Origin: Phycisphaerae bacterium
GTDB taxonomy: Bacteria > Planctomycetota > Phycisphaerae > UBA1845 > Fen-1342
DNA: 64,000 bases
Direction: 5' to 3'
Assembly: GCA_963675745.2 (NCBI GenBank)
Contig: CAXXWX010000026.1
Coordinates: 32,001-96,000, forward strand
Shown here: positions 21,076 through 32,989 of the stretch, piece after piece
How the letters are laid out: every line of letters starts with the position of its first letter
Position numbering within the stretch: position 1 is the stretch's first letter
Position numbers and translations under genes: made by a program
The notes under the pieces: model-generated
Databases searched by the model: none
Seen by the model: the letters and a program-made list of their open reading frames with translations, nothing else
What the model was told of the DNA's origin: nothing

Positions 21076-21109
21076 ACGCCCGGGCAGAGACGCCTGGGCG
21101 TTTTCGTTT
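21076..21109 (+). terminator. Rho-independent terminator after the tRNA fragment
   Basis: ACGCCCGGGC-AGAGAC-GCCTGGGCGT followed by TTTCGTTT. Confidence 0.7.
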
Positions 21110-21467
21110 CTAACGCGAGTTCTCGCAAGAGTTTAGCAACACGCCGATTTCGGTCTGACGCAGGTGAGACGCCGCCGCGCGAGCCAACCGAGGCGTCCGT
21201 AGCAACAATCGCGCCGTCGGTTCGCCCCAAGTCTCTGAGTCTCTCGACATCGCTGACCCGCGGGTTAAGGCGGCTCATAACCAGCCGGGCGAGAGGCTGT
21301 CGCGCGCCTCATTACCCAGTCCAAAGCACCGAACAAGGCTGCTTCGGATTATGCCTCACGCCTGCCATCCGCCGCCGAGTTACGGCGATTCCTTCTCGTG
21401 GCGTCAATTGACAGATGCACAGAAATACAACCACCTCATGCGGTCAATCATTTCATCGGCTCTCGAG

Positions 21468-21812
21468 TCAAGTCACCGCCTTAGTTGACGCGGGGCGCCG
21501 AAGGATCGTGTAGGCCCACACGAACAACGCAGCCATTACCATGTCAATGATCGTGAACGGCTTCCACATGTTGGGAATTCCGGCTGCCAGCCAGTGCCAT
21601 CCACTCACCGCGCAGTAGGCGAGCTTCAGCAGGATGCCGTACCGGATAAGCTCCCGCCGAGCGACTGGATCCCGGGCGATGTCGAGGAACATCAGCGCGA
21701 AGATCAGCAGTAACGCCGCCGGGAATTGCACGTAACCAACATGGTTTGGCAGCGTCACCTCACAGATCTTGAATGGAGACTCCGGCGCCACTAGAAACCA
21801 TGCGCCAACTAC
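21468..21812 (-). pseudogene. 5'-truncated small multi-pass membrane protein
   Basis: Last ~115 aa of ORF 21468..22175 are hydrophobic (YVQFPAALLLIFALMF...WKPFTIIDMVMAALFVWAY); the upstream part is antisense integrase. Confidence 0.6.
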
Positions 21813-22490
21813 GCAATCCGTCAGCACGGCTTCCGGGCCCTCGACCGGCGGTATCCGAATCCGGTGGATGCCGTGCCCCGGCGCCGTGAGGCGGCGCCGC
21901 AAATTCGCTTTCTGACGGCCGAGCAGATCGACGAGCAGTTGAGCGTCCTCTCTGAGCAGCCCGTGCTGCGCGCAATGGTGGCCGTCTACATATACTCCGG
22001 ATTGCGCCGCGAAGAAGCGCTCTGGCTGACGATGGACGATGTCGACCTGGAGTCCGGGATGATCCGCGTGTGCCGCAAGAGCGTCGGCGGCCACACGTGG
22101 CAGCCGAAGACTGGGCGGAACCGGCGCGTGCCGATTTCCAATGCGCTGCGGCAATGGCTTGCGCAGTATCCGCAACCCGCTGGGCGGATCTGGTTCTTCC
22201 CGTCGCCCACGGGCAAACGCTGGGACCCCGACAATTTCTCGGAAACGCTTCGCCTAATCAACCGCGACGCGGGGCTACCTTGGTCGTGCCTCGATTTTCG
22301 ACATACGTTCGGCAGCCATCTCGCTATGAAGGGCGAGTCGCTCTACAAGATCAGCGAACTGATGGGCAACAGCCCGGAGATCTGCCGGCGACACTACGCG
22401 GCGCTTGTGCCGGAAGAGATGCGGGACACGGTGGAGTTTTCGCGCCCGCCGCGGCTTGCCCGCACGGCGGAGGACGGCGCTTGCGCTTGA
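21807..22490 (+). pseudogene. 5'-truncated tyrosine integrase (catalytic domain only), paralogue of 46990..48249
   Basis: NYAIRQHGFRALDRRYPNP...SGLRREE...WQPKT...LDFRHTFGSHL...LMGNSPEICRRHYAAL aligns with the C-terminal half of the intact integrase; no N-terminus. Confidence 0.88.
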
Positions 22491-22752
22491 CGGCGGCAAT
22501 TGGGCCGTTGATCGTCGAGCACTGAACCCGACGGTCGATGGCGGCCCTTCCTGGCAGGCCTGGCAGTCTGGGCCACAGCGGGCTCGTTGGGTACGAGTCC
22601 CGGTCGCTCTCGTGCGAATACGCACCCCGCTGAGAATACCAGCAGCCGCGGTTCCCTCGGCGTTCGTCGCAGATCCTTGGTTGGGGATGGCTGGACCCGA
22701 CGCGGCATAGGCTGCATAATGTTGCGCACCCTAGCAGAATGAGGAAGCCATC

Positions 22753-22992
22753 GTGCCCAAACTCAACGAGTTCTTGACGGTGGGCCAGGCGGCGGAATAT
22801 CTCGGCGTGAGCAGAGACACCCTGCGCCGATGGGACAACGCCGGAAAGCTGACCGCGCGTCGGCATCCGGTCACGGGGTACCGCCTCTACCTGCAGCGAG
22901 ACCTCGATCCCATCCTGCACGTCCTTCTCGAAGAGAGTGGTTCGCAGCCGGGTGCCTCGAAGCCGAGGAAGAAGTCCAGGCCGACTGAGTAG
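22753..22992 (+). CDS. MerR-like / excisionase-type HTH protein
   Basis: LTVGQAAEYLGVSRDTLRRWD..GKL...RHPVTGYRLY; GAGG upstream. Confidence 0.85.
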   Translation: MPKLNEFLTVGQAAEYLGVSRDTLRRWDNAGKLTARRHPVTGYRLYLQRDLDPILHVLLEESGSQPGASKPRKKSRPTE

Positions 22993-23059
22993 CACTGGAC
23001 AATCTCGTTATCCGTCACAACGGATGCCGCGTCGATCGAATGAAATGTGAGGAAGCCAG

Positions 23060-23698
23060 ATGAAGCCACTCGAGCTTCGAGACGAGTTTCTCGGCAAGCA
23101 CATGCGGGCCACGGCAATCGAACTGCGAAACAAGCAGAACACCGGCTGGGCGCAGCGTGGACCGAAGGAGATTCTCGGCATCACCTATCCAACAGCGGAC
23201 GTGCAACGGTCGCTCGAAGCCGTGTCTGTTGCTTCACCGGGCAAGCCCATCGTGTTCTTGGGGCAACGCGGACGCGGCAAATCGCACATTATGGCTCTCC
23301 TGCATCATGCTCTGGAAACCCCCCAGTGAGGTCGAGCGGTGGGCGAAGGAGTGGGGTGCACGGCTGCCCAGCGCGGCGACACAATGAAGCAGGCGCTGTC
23401 ACTGCTTCGCGATCCGTCGCCAGGAACCAATCTGATCCCGTATCTCGGCGACAAAGACGTCTACGAACAGGTCCTCCGAGTCGCGGCCAAGGATAGGATC
23501 GCGATCAACCGTAACGGGACTTGGTACGGTCCGGACCCCGGCCAAGACTTCGACGACGCGCTCCGCGTGCTGAAGCAACGGACGTTTCCTCAGGGGCTTG
23601 ATTGGGGAAGCATTCAGATCGGGCTCCCGAGCGAGAAGGCAAGTGGTGGCGTTAGGCGACGCATCAGTTGCGGGCTGATCAGCGTGCGATCGCCGTAG
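23060..23698 (+). pseudogene. Remnant of a DUF499-like ATPase (frameshift plus large internal deletion)
   Basis: ITYPTADV and Walker A GQRGRGKSH; frameshift in the C-run near 23320; jumps to a C-terminal-like segment (IPYLGDKDVYEQVLRVAA) at about 23380; family from recollection. Confidence 0.6.
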
Positions 23699-24302
23699 TC
23701 CATACGGGGCACGAAGGGGGTAGAAGCGCAGCTCAGCTGGATGTTGTTGGTCACGTGGATATGGATCCCGATCGAATGACTCCAGGGGAGTAGCACCGCG
23801 TGACCAACCCGACGAGCTGCGTCACGTTCATACGCCGATGAATGCCAGCTCACACAGCTGGCAGTCGTGGCACAACCCGCTGCCTGAACCAGGCACGAAC
23901 CGCGTTTTTCGGACGGAGACCGGGGTTGCGAGTCGACTGGAAGTTACTGCGTAGTTGGTTTCTGGCAAGAACCACGTGACGACTGACCCACACAGTGACC
24001 CACTCCTTCGGTGAGTCTTTGCGAGAAGACGGGTTTCGGTAACCTCGCTGAACGCGCGTGCGTGGTCGAGCATCGTTCCACGTTCGACTTTCTTCTGCCA
24101 GCTCTCCGGCCTGGATGAGTCCGTCCCAAGTCAGGTGCAGTTTCTTGCGACCAAACACGATGACGGCCAGCTTAGCCCGGAACAGATCCCCAAGCGAGAC
24201 GCGTGAGGGTGTGTTACGCGGACAGGTGCCCGACCCCATTCGCCGCGATGTCGTCGGCAAACGGGGTCGGGCGAATCCGACCGCAGGCGCCAAACAGAGG
24301 GA

Positions 24303-26675
24303 TTATTCGACGGGTGCCGGCGTCTCGGCAGTCTCGGCTGCCTGCTGTTGTAGCGGTTGGCGCGGAACTGGGCCTGGAAGCATCCGCCTTGGATTGGGCT
24401 TGAGTAGAAACGCCCGCGGCACGCCGTCGAACTCACCGTAGCCTACGATCTGCCCCGCATCGTTGATATCCGTTGCCGCGAAGAGCTCCCAGCGACTGCC
24501 TTGCGGGATCATGTTATTCAGATCAAGCATCTGACAGCCCTTTTGGATGAACGCATGTCGAGCGCCAGAGCCGGTATCCGCCCAGCCAACCGTGGTTCCG
24601 CTCGCGTTGATTGCTAGCGACCGGCTTTCTGCCCCGCCGAGAGTACCCAACACCCGCTGGTGATAGGCGGTGGCCCGGCCAGCCTGCGCCAGTTGCCAAA
24701 TCACTGCCTCCGATTGACCACCCATGACCGCCGCATACCCTGCGACTTCGCCGCTGGAACTGATGTCGTTCGCCACTCCGGCACCGAGATCGCTGACTGC
24801 CCACGAGCTGGTGCCGTCGTCGTATCCCCAAAGAGCAGCGCGTGACGTTCCATCAGCAGCGTCAGCTTGGCCGACGATTTGGCCGGCATCATTGATCGCG
24901 TACGCACAGCTCTCATTTCCTCCGAGTGTGCCGAGGTCTTCCATCGTCTCGGTGAACGAGTCCCAGACGAATGCATGAAAGGCCTCGCTGTCACCGGAGT
25001 AGCCCACTACCTGGCCGAGATTGTTGACGCCACGGCCGTACGCGAAGTAGCCCTGCGTGCTAAGATCGATGATGGTGTCTTCCCACCACCGGAAGGCATG
25101 CACGGGCGTCGCCAGGCTCTGGATGTTGGAGTCACCAGCGATTTGACCGAAGTCATTGATGTCGTAAGCGCGACTCCACCAGCCGTCGGCGAGCGCGCCG
25201 AGGTCATTCAAGCCTCCGGGAAGTCCGTACGCCGCTTTAGGCAACCACAGGTAGGCGTGTCCGCTGTAGGGGTATGGCCCACCGGACTGCTGCGCCCAGC
25301 CTACAACCTGTCCCAGATTGTTGAGCGCATACTGCTGATGCTGCTGCGTCACCGCGCCGAAGGCACCGAGGTCCTTGACAGCGTAGAACGCCTTGGGCCA
25401 CGTTACGGCCGTGCATATCTCATTGTTGTTCTCGCTCGACTCCGCGACATCGTTGTCCACGTCGGTGATTCCGCAGAATTCCCGGCTCACCGAGTTGGTC
25501 AAGGGCAGTGCCTGCACATCTTCGGAGTGCGGCCCACACCGGACCACGCAGGCGTGATTCGCTGGCAGATCCTCGATGGGTCCCTCGCAAAACGTGCCGC
25601 CATCCATGCGAATCTCGACGTTGTGGGTCGGGCAGGTCACATCGCCCGTCCAGCGATACTTGAAAAAAACGTACACCGGCGTGCCAGACTCGATCTTATT
25701 CACGCGGCAATCACCCTCCCAGTCCTCGGAATCTTCGCTCGCCCAGATGTCGAGTGCCTGAAGATCACCTTGCTGGTCCTCATCCCACTCGATTTTTATC
25801 TGGTTGAGGCAGCCAACGAGTTGCGCATTCGCGTCCGAGTACGAAGCGCCCCCCGCAGCGGCATGCACGAACACATCTACCCTGACGGACAGATACACGT
25901 CTGTGCCTGCCGGGATTGGGATGTCATGGAACGACACCTCGATATTGTCGGAGTAACCCAGCGACTCATCCTGGCGTCTGATCGCTTCGTCGAGCACGAT
26001 TTGTTTCTCGTACTCGCTCGGCTCCGGCGTCATAACCAGGACTGTAAATGTGATGCGAATGTCATCTTTCGCCAACGCATCGGAGGGTGGCACAATAAAC
26101 ACATGGCACAGGTAACTCCAATCGATGGCGTAGTAGAAGGTGAAGTCAAAACGGCTGTCTTCGTTTACGAGCCCAGCTCCGGTGTGGTAGAACCACGCCT
26201 GGGATGTCCCCTTGCCGAGACCAACGGCGCTGGCCGAGCAACCCAACGCACCACATTGGTCATCGCTGTCCGCCGTGCAATTGGCCCAGCCAGCCAGTTC
26301 ATGCCACACCACCTGGCAGTCGTGATTGTGCTCCCACGGCGGGTACATGAATGCCTCGCCACTATCACTGGATCCGAGCAGCACTTGGGGGGCGGTGGAA
26401 AGCGGCGGTAACGCCAGCGCATGACGTGGCATCGTGTCCGCGGTGTCAGCCACGGTTCCGCGTGATCCCGAGTCTAGTGCGCGGAACACGTACTCCGCGC
26501 CGCAGGCTCCGGAATCTCCCCCCGTCGTGCGCGACCCAGCAAGTGCGGGATCTGGCAGATTGTCACCGCTGGTTGGTAACAGTGCGCCATCGGCGGAATG
26601 AGCGGCCATCGGCAGCGAAACCAGAGCACCAACCAAGAACAGATACAGTAGTTGTCTCAGTGCGGAAGGGGTCAT
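24303..26675 (-). CDS. Secreted protein with CARDB-like domain and HAF-repeat (DUF3466-like) propeller
   Basis: AAGGAG RBS, signal peptide, DVDNDVAESSENNN, repeated DLGTLGG..S.AYAIND.GQIVG and HAF motifs. Confidence 0.85.
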   Translation of the reverse strand: MTPSALRQLLYLFLVGALVSLPMAAHSADGALLPTSGDNLPDPALAGSRTTGGDSGACGAEYVFRALDSGSRGTVADTADTMPRHALALPPLSTAPQVLLGSSDSGEAFMYPPWEHNHDCQVVWHELAGWANCTADSDDQCGALGCSASAVGLGKGTSQAWFYHTGAGLVNEDSRFDFTFYYAIDWSYLCHVFIVPPSDALAKDDIRITFTVLVMTPEPSEYEKQIVLDEAIRRQDESLGYSDNIEVSFHDIPIPAGTDVYLSVRVDVFVHAAAGGASYSDANAQLVGCLNQIKIEWDEDQQGDLQALDIWASEDSEDWEGDCRVNKIESGTPVYVFFKYRWTGDVTCPTHNVEIRMDGGTFCEGPIEDLPANHACVVRCGPHSEDVQALPLTNSVSREFCGITDVDNDVAESSENNNEICTAVTWPKAFYAVKDLGAFGAVTQQHQQYALNNLGQVVGWAQQSGGPYPYSGHAYLWLPKAAYGLPGGLNDLGALADGWWSRAYDINDFGQIAGDSNIQSLATPVHAFRWWEDTIIDLSTQGYFAYGRGVNNLGQVVGYSGDSEAFHAFVWDSFTETMEDLGTLGGNESCAYAINDAGQIVGQADAADGTSRAALWGYDDGTSSWAVSDLGAGVANDISSSGEVAGYAAVMGGQSEAVIWQLAQAGRATAYHQRVLGTLGGAESRSLAINASGTTVGWADTGSGARHAFIQKGCQMLDLNNMIPQGSRWELFAATDINDAGQIVGYGEFDGVPRAFLLKPNPRRMLPGPVPRQPLQQQAAETAETPAPVE

Positions 26676-27146
26676 GATCATCTCCTTTTTGAGCACCACA
26701 GCAGCCCACGCGGGCCAGTACTGGCTGTCGTTGTCCGGCATCGGACCTTGGCTGGCCGATTGTTCTGAACGGCCACGTCACTCTGCACCCACTCACCGGT
26801 ACGCCCCGAACGACGCCGGTTCATGATTCGCGTTCCTGGTGATCTGCCGTGGCCATTGCCAATCGTCATACCAGACACACGCTATCGCTCACCGCGGCGA
26901 AGAAGTTGATCGTGGCGACGACTGGCACACGGCTTCTACTTGACGTAGTCGCCGTTAACCGATGTGCGCAACGGAACGCGGGGACAATTCCGTGTGTTGG
27001 TCCCGCACCGACTCTCGAATCCCGCCAGCAGCGCCGCGCTGGAATCGTCAGCGGCTGGGTGGACATGGCGCCGGCGCGTGGACGCTGTGCCGCTGCTCCC
27101 GCGCACGGTACAATCGTGACCTGCACCTTACTGATCCCAAGGTCGC

Positions 27147-30100
27147 ATGACGGAGGGCACGTCCATGTACACATCTCGGAACACGGCAGCCTATGCGGTG
27201 GTCTTGGTCGCCGGCGTGCTCATACTCGCGCCATTTGCAGGGATTCTCGCCAAGGCCCCGCCCGCGACCCAGCCAAATTCCGACGCCGCTGTTCATGAAC
27301 CGAAGGACACCAATCCCCAATCGCCGGGGAGCCGAGCCGAGCCGCCCCGGCCGTTGCTCACCGGCGAAGTTGCCGAGAAGGTGGCCGCGCTGGAGAAGCA
27401 GATCGAGGAGCTGCGCGAGCAGGATAAGTACGCCGAGGCGATCCCGCTGGCGGAGGAGGCGCTTGCGATCCGCCAAGAGCACCAGACGGGCTGGACCGAC
27501 GCCAACCGAGAGCCCGCCGAATGGTACGAAATCGGCGACGCGCGGCGGGTGGTCAAGGACCTACGGCTCCGCAGTTCGCTAACGCCCGAGCAGCAGGCCG
27601 AGTTAGACCAGGCGGCCGCGCGGGAGTCTCAGGTGCTCGAGTTATACCAGCAGGGCAAGTATGCACGGGCGGCGAACCTATGCAGACAAATCCTACGCAC
27701 CCGCCGCCGCGTGCTGGGCGACGACCATCCGGACACGCTGATCTCGATGACCAACATGGGCGCCCTGCTGAAATCCCATGGCAAGCTGGCCAGGGCCGAG
27801 CCGTATTGCCGCGAGGCGCTGGAGGGCTTCCGCCGCGTACTGGGCAGTGACCATCCAGACACGTTGGGCGCGATTGGCCACATGAGCACGCTGCTCTATT
27901 CCCAGGGCAAGCTGGCCGAAGCGGAGGCCTGCTGCCACGAGGCGCTGGAGAACAGCCGCCGCGTTCTGGGCGACGATCACCCGGACACGCTGCAATTGAC
28001 CATCGGTATGTGCGGCCTGCTCCGTTCCCAGGGCGAGCTGGCCGAGGTAGAGGCGTATCAGCGCGCACTGCTGGCGGGTAGGCGCCGCGTCCTGGGCGAT
28101 GACCACCCACTCACGCTTGTCTCGATCGACAATATGGCCGGCGACCTCCGGGCCCGGGGCAAGTGGGCCGAGGCGGAAACCTACCGCCGCGAGGCGCTGG
28201 AGCGTCAGCGCCGTGTGCTGGGCGACGACCACCAATACACGCTGAGCTCGATTGGCAGCATGGGCTACCTACTATGGAAACAGAATAGGCTGACCGAGGC
28301 CGAGCCGTACTGCCGCGAGGCGCTGGAGCGCAGGCGCCGTGTACTGGGCGACCACCACCCGCAGACGCTGAAATCAACCGGCCAAATGGGTAATCTCCTT
28401 TTCTCGCAAGGCAAGCTCGCCGAGGCCGAGCCACTCTGCCGCGAGGCGCTCGAGGGTCTCCGGCGCGTGCTGGGAGACGAACACTCGAACACGCTGAGTG
28501 CGATCGCCAACCTGGGCCAGTTGCTCCAATCCCAGGGCAGATTATCTGATGCCATGCCATATTGCCGCGAGGCGCTCAGAATCCGCCGGCGCGTGCTGGG
28601 CGATGACAACCCGGGCACGCTGAACTCGCTCAACAACATGGGCGTGCTTCTCGCGTCAATGGGAAAGCTGGCTGAGGCCGAACCATATCTTCGTGAGGCG
28701 CTGGACGCCAGCCGGCGAGAGTTGGGCAACGAACACTCGGAGACGTTAGCCTTGGCCAACAACATGAGTATGCTGCTCCAAAACCAGGGCAAGCTGGAAG
28801 AGGCGGAAGCCTACCAACGCGAGGCGCTGGAGGGCTACCGCGCATTGAGCCACGACTCCCCGGATGCGCTGCGCTCGCTCCACAACATGGGCTACCTGCT
28901 TCATTCCCAGGGGAAGCTGGCCGAGGCGGAACTGCGCTGCCGCGAGGCGCTGGCGGGCTTCCGCCGCGTGCTGGGCGACGACCACCCGGACACTCTAGTC
29001 GCGACCGCCAATATGGGTGCCCTGCTTGAGTCCCAGGGCAAGCTGGCCGAGGCCGAGCCGTGCTGCCGCGAGGCGCTGGAGCGTCAGCGCCGTGTGCTGG
29101 GCGACGACCACCCAGTCACGCTGATCTCGCTCCACAACCTGGGGGGCATACTGCGAAGCCAAGGTAGACTCACCGAGGCGGAGAGCTACATGCGCGCGGC
29201 GCTGGATGGCCGTCGACACGTGCTCGGCAGCGAACACCCGGACACGCTGAATTCGATCAGCGACATGGGCTACCTGCTCCAGTCCCAGGGCCAATTGGCC
29301 GAGGCTGAGTCTTATTTGCACGAGGCGCTGGATGTGGCCGGGCGTTTGCGGACGCGAGTCATCGGTGAGGAGCGCAGCCGGGCCGCCTTTGCCAAGAAAC
29401 TAAAGCTATCGGTCATCGCGGCCCAACTCGTTTCACTGTTGATCGCCGTGGACCAGCCCGCAAGAGCCTGGAGCGTCTCCGAGCGGGGCCGCAGTAGGGC
29501 ATTGCTTGATCTGCTGAATCGTAGCGATCAGGATCTTCTCGAAGCGGCACGAGTCCGCGCCGCCGGCGACCCTGCGGCGGCGACCGCGCTCGACAGCGCG
29601 CTGAAGCGAGAGCAGCAGGCGCAAGTCGATCTGACCACGGCTGAGGCCTTGTTGGCGGGTACGCAGAAGCAGCGCCAGTGTACCGAACAACGCGACGACC
29701 TGGCCGAAGAAGAGAAGGCCCAGCGCCTGGCGGCGCTCGATGAGCAGATCGCCGCCCAGCACGCCGACGTCACGTTCAAACGCCGAGCGCTCGGGGAAGC
29801 CACCGCCAACGTGTTCGTCAACATGCGCGGCCTGTTCCCTGACGCTCGGCCAATGGGGATCGATGAGATTCGCGTGGGACTTCAGCCGGGCGAACTGGCA
29901 TTGGGATACACCTGGACCCGCGACATCGTGCTGCTGCTGGCGGCCCAAGGTACGCAGGCGGGTGGGGAAGCGATGGAGCGGCAGAGCGACGAAGGGACGA
30001 AGGAAGGCAAAGGGGTTGCCGGGTTCGCTTTGGCCGAGAGTAAGGATGAGGTTGAGGAACTGACCAAGCTCGCTCAAGAAGTCCGTGAAGCGCTGGCCAG

Positions 30101-31561
30101 ACGACCCGCTGGCTCAGCGAACACGGTGGATCAGACCGCTGTGCGGGCGCTCTCCGACAAACTCATTCCGGAGTCCGTCCGGGCACAGGTCGCAACCGCC
30201 GGCCACCTGATCGTCCTTCCTGACGGCCCCGTGCATGGCCTGCCATTTGACGTCCTGGCCGCGGCGCACGAAGGCGAGCGCTGGATCGAATCCGGCCCCG
30301 ATATCGTCTACTCCGCTTCCGCCACAATGTATCTGAACCGGCGGGAAGCCGCACGTCAACAGACGCGCGACAGCACGCTATCGGCGGTGGTGCTGGGCGA
30401 CCCGATTTTCGCGCGCAACGCGGCCCCCGAGCCGGACTATCCCCAGCAAGGTGTGTTGGTGCGCGGCGTGGTCGATGAGTCGAATGCCGCAAAGGCGGGA
30501 CTGCAACGCGGCGACGTTTTGCTCAGCTATGCGGGAACGCAGGCCAAGGATTTCGATGTGCTGGTCACCACACTGGGCGAAGTAAGCGAAGCGGTCAACG
30601 CAGGTCAACGCGACGCAAACACGCCGGTTCCGGTTACTTACTGGCGTGATGGCCGGACAGAGGAAGCCAAGCTGCCGCCCGGCAAAATGGGAGTGCAACT
30701 GGATCGCGGTGCCCCAGACTCCGGCCTGCGCCTCATGGCGATGCGTTCCCGCGGCCACGATCAGGCAGTGGCCGAGATCAGCGCGACCGATCAGGTGCGT
30801 CTGCACGGCGGCGCGTTGCAGCCCTTGCTTGGTACCGAGCGCGAGGCGCTGGCGATCACGAAACTGATCGAAGGCACGAATGGCTCGGCTACGATCTTGC
30901 TCCAGGAGGACGCGACGGTCGGTCAACTTGAGGCCGCGGCTAATGGTAAGCGGATCCTGCACCTCGCCACGCATGGCCTGACCGGCTCGAGCGAACGCCC
31001 CTACGACGCCAGCCTGGCGCTCACCCAGCCCGACACGCCGACGCGGGACGACATCGGCTTCCTGACGCTGGACCGCCTGATCGCCAGATGGCGTGGCAAA
31101 CTCAGCGAGTGCGAGCTGGTCGTACTGTCGGCGTGCGACACGCAGCGGGGTATCAAGGTCGGCGACAGCGTGATGGCACTGCCGTGGGGCTTCTTCTACG
31201 CCGGGGCACCGACTGTCGTAGCCAGCCTGTGGAAAGTGGATGACACGGCAACGGCGCTGTTGATGACACGCTTCTACGAGAATCTGCTGGGCCAGTTCGA
31301 CGACGCGCGCGAGGTCGGCGGTCGTAACTACGCGACCGGAAAACCGATGCCCAAAGCTGCGGCGTTGCGCGAGGCCAAGTGTTGGCTGCGTAACCTGACG
31401 ATGGACGAGGTCGATGGGCTCGTGGCCCAACTTCCGGCCGAGCGAGCCGCGCGGCACCATCCGCGAGCGCCCGCCCATAACCGAATCGGCGGTTGGTACT
31501 CACCCGTACGAGCATCCGTACTACATGGGCCGCATTCATCTTGATCGGCGACCCGGGCTGA
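27147..31561 (+). CDS. TPR-repeat CHAT (caspase-like) protease with N-terminal signal/TM segment and PDZ insert; two frameshifts in last 120 bp
   Basis: About 13 kinesin-light-chain-type 42-aa repeats (RRVLGDDHPDTL), LHLATHG and VLSACDT dyad, GLQRGDVLLSY PDZ; conserved HPYY-WAAFILIGDPG* tail split over other frames, stop at 31559-31561. Confidence 0.88.
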
Positions 31562-31812
31562 TGCGGCTTCTCGCGCCGGAACAAGCGCACGAGTCATGTC
31601 AGCGAGTTGCCGGCGTTCGCCCCACGATTTTCGCGGCGAAGTGGCCTGCGCCGCTGCGGTGACTCCCGCGCCCTGCGGACCGGAACAGGCGTCGCAGCCC
31701 CTCGGGAACACGCTCGCCGCCGAGGCGGCACGTAGAGCGCACCCCACCCCGCCCCGTGGTGGCGTCGAGGTGGGATGCGCGTCTGTATCTGCGGCTGGTC
31801 GCGAGCGAACTT

Positions 31813-32989
31813 TCAACGGCTCGCGATCGTCAGCGCCACGAACGGATCGATGTCGCCGTTGTTGACCCAGCCGTCCCCATTGGATGTCGCCGAGCATTAT
31901 GTCGCACTCCGGGTACTCGTTGGAGTACCGGCTGGGATACGACAGGGCGAAGACGAACGCGTCGATATCACCGCTGTTCGTGATGCCGTCGCAGTTGAGG
32001 TCGCGGGGGCGAAGCCGACCTGGATCCGCCGTTCGACGACGTTGTTGGCCTCATCGATCTCGGTGAGCACACCGTGCGGGTCCACCACAACGAAGATCGC
32101 GTGCACGCCCGGCTCGCTCGGCGTCCAGTCCGCCGCAATGCTGCCGGTGCCGTTGTTCTCCAGGTAGTGGGCCGAATATGTGTAGTCGGGAAAGTCGTGT
32201 CCGGAATCGATGACTTCCGCGGTCTGCCCGACGAAGTCCTCGGAAAGCAGCATGCCGCCCGCAGCCGGGTCGCCATGCCAGATCTGCACGGTCAGATTCC
32301 TGGACGCGGGTGGGTTGGCGGCCCGGGGATAAACGCTCACCCCGCGCAGGTCCGGGTTGGGATCAACTGCCGCCCATGCGGTCGTAGCGCTCGGCCTCGA
32401 CGCGGACCTCCCCGATTTCCACCCAGTCGAGGCTATAGTCGGGGTAGTAGTCCATCTGGTACGTGCCCAGGAACAACGTGTGCGGGCCAGGTGTGACCGG
32501 AACATCATGGATGGTGACGAGGTTCCAGCTCTGGTTTGTGGCCGTCGGTGGCACGGAGATGTCGGTGATGAACGCCCCATCGAGTTCCACGCGCCACCGA
32601 ACGGTCGCGTCCTTGTCCCGGCAGCGAAACGAGATGTCCGCCAACGCGCGCGTGGGATCCTCGTATTCGAAATCCCATTCCGCCCAGCAGGACCGGCCGC
32701 TTGATGAGTACCAGCCCCAGGCCCCATCCGCCCGGCAGACGCCGAGATTGTGCACGGTCGCGGTGATCGTCACCGCTTCGCCCGGCGCCGGCCGGTCGTT
32801 GGTGAAACCGATGTCCTCCGCGGCCAAGCCATAGTCGTAGTCGCTGACCTGTGGATAGTCGAAGTCATCCACGATGGTCACCGTTAGCGCGAGGGGATCG
32901 TCGTCCGCGTTCAGCACACTCGCGGGCAGCAACAGCAATGCGATCGACGCGCCAATCATGCTTCTCAGGATTGCTCGGCCCTTGTTCAT
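31813..32989 (-). pseudogene. Secreted CARDB / carbohydrate-binding-like protein with dockerin-like tail, about 3 frameshifts (possibly sequencing error)
   Basis: ORF 32363..32989 (signal, VTITATVHNLG) continues in ORF 31897..32727 (VVVDPHGVLTEIDEANN), then DLNCDGITNSGDIDAF and GDGWVNNGDIDPFVALTIASR* in other frames. Confidence 0.78.

Noticed and set aside
23700..24300. ORFs 23850..24293 and 23828..24073
   Set aside because: No recognisable motif, RBS or consistent frame; may be gene debris
27690..29330. Regular ~126-bp repeats resembling a CRISPR or DNA repeat array
   Set aside because: They are in-frame 42-aa TPR coding repeats with no unique spacers
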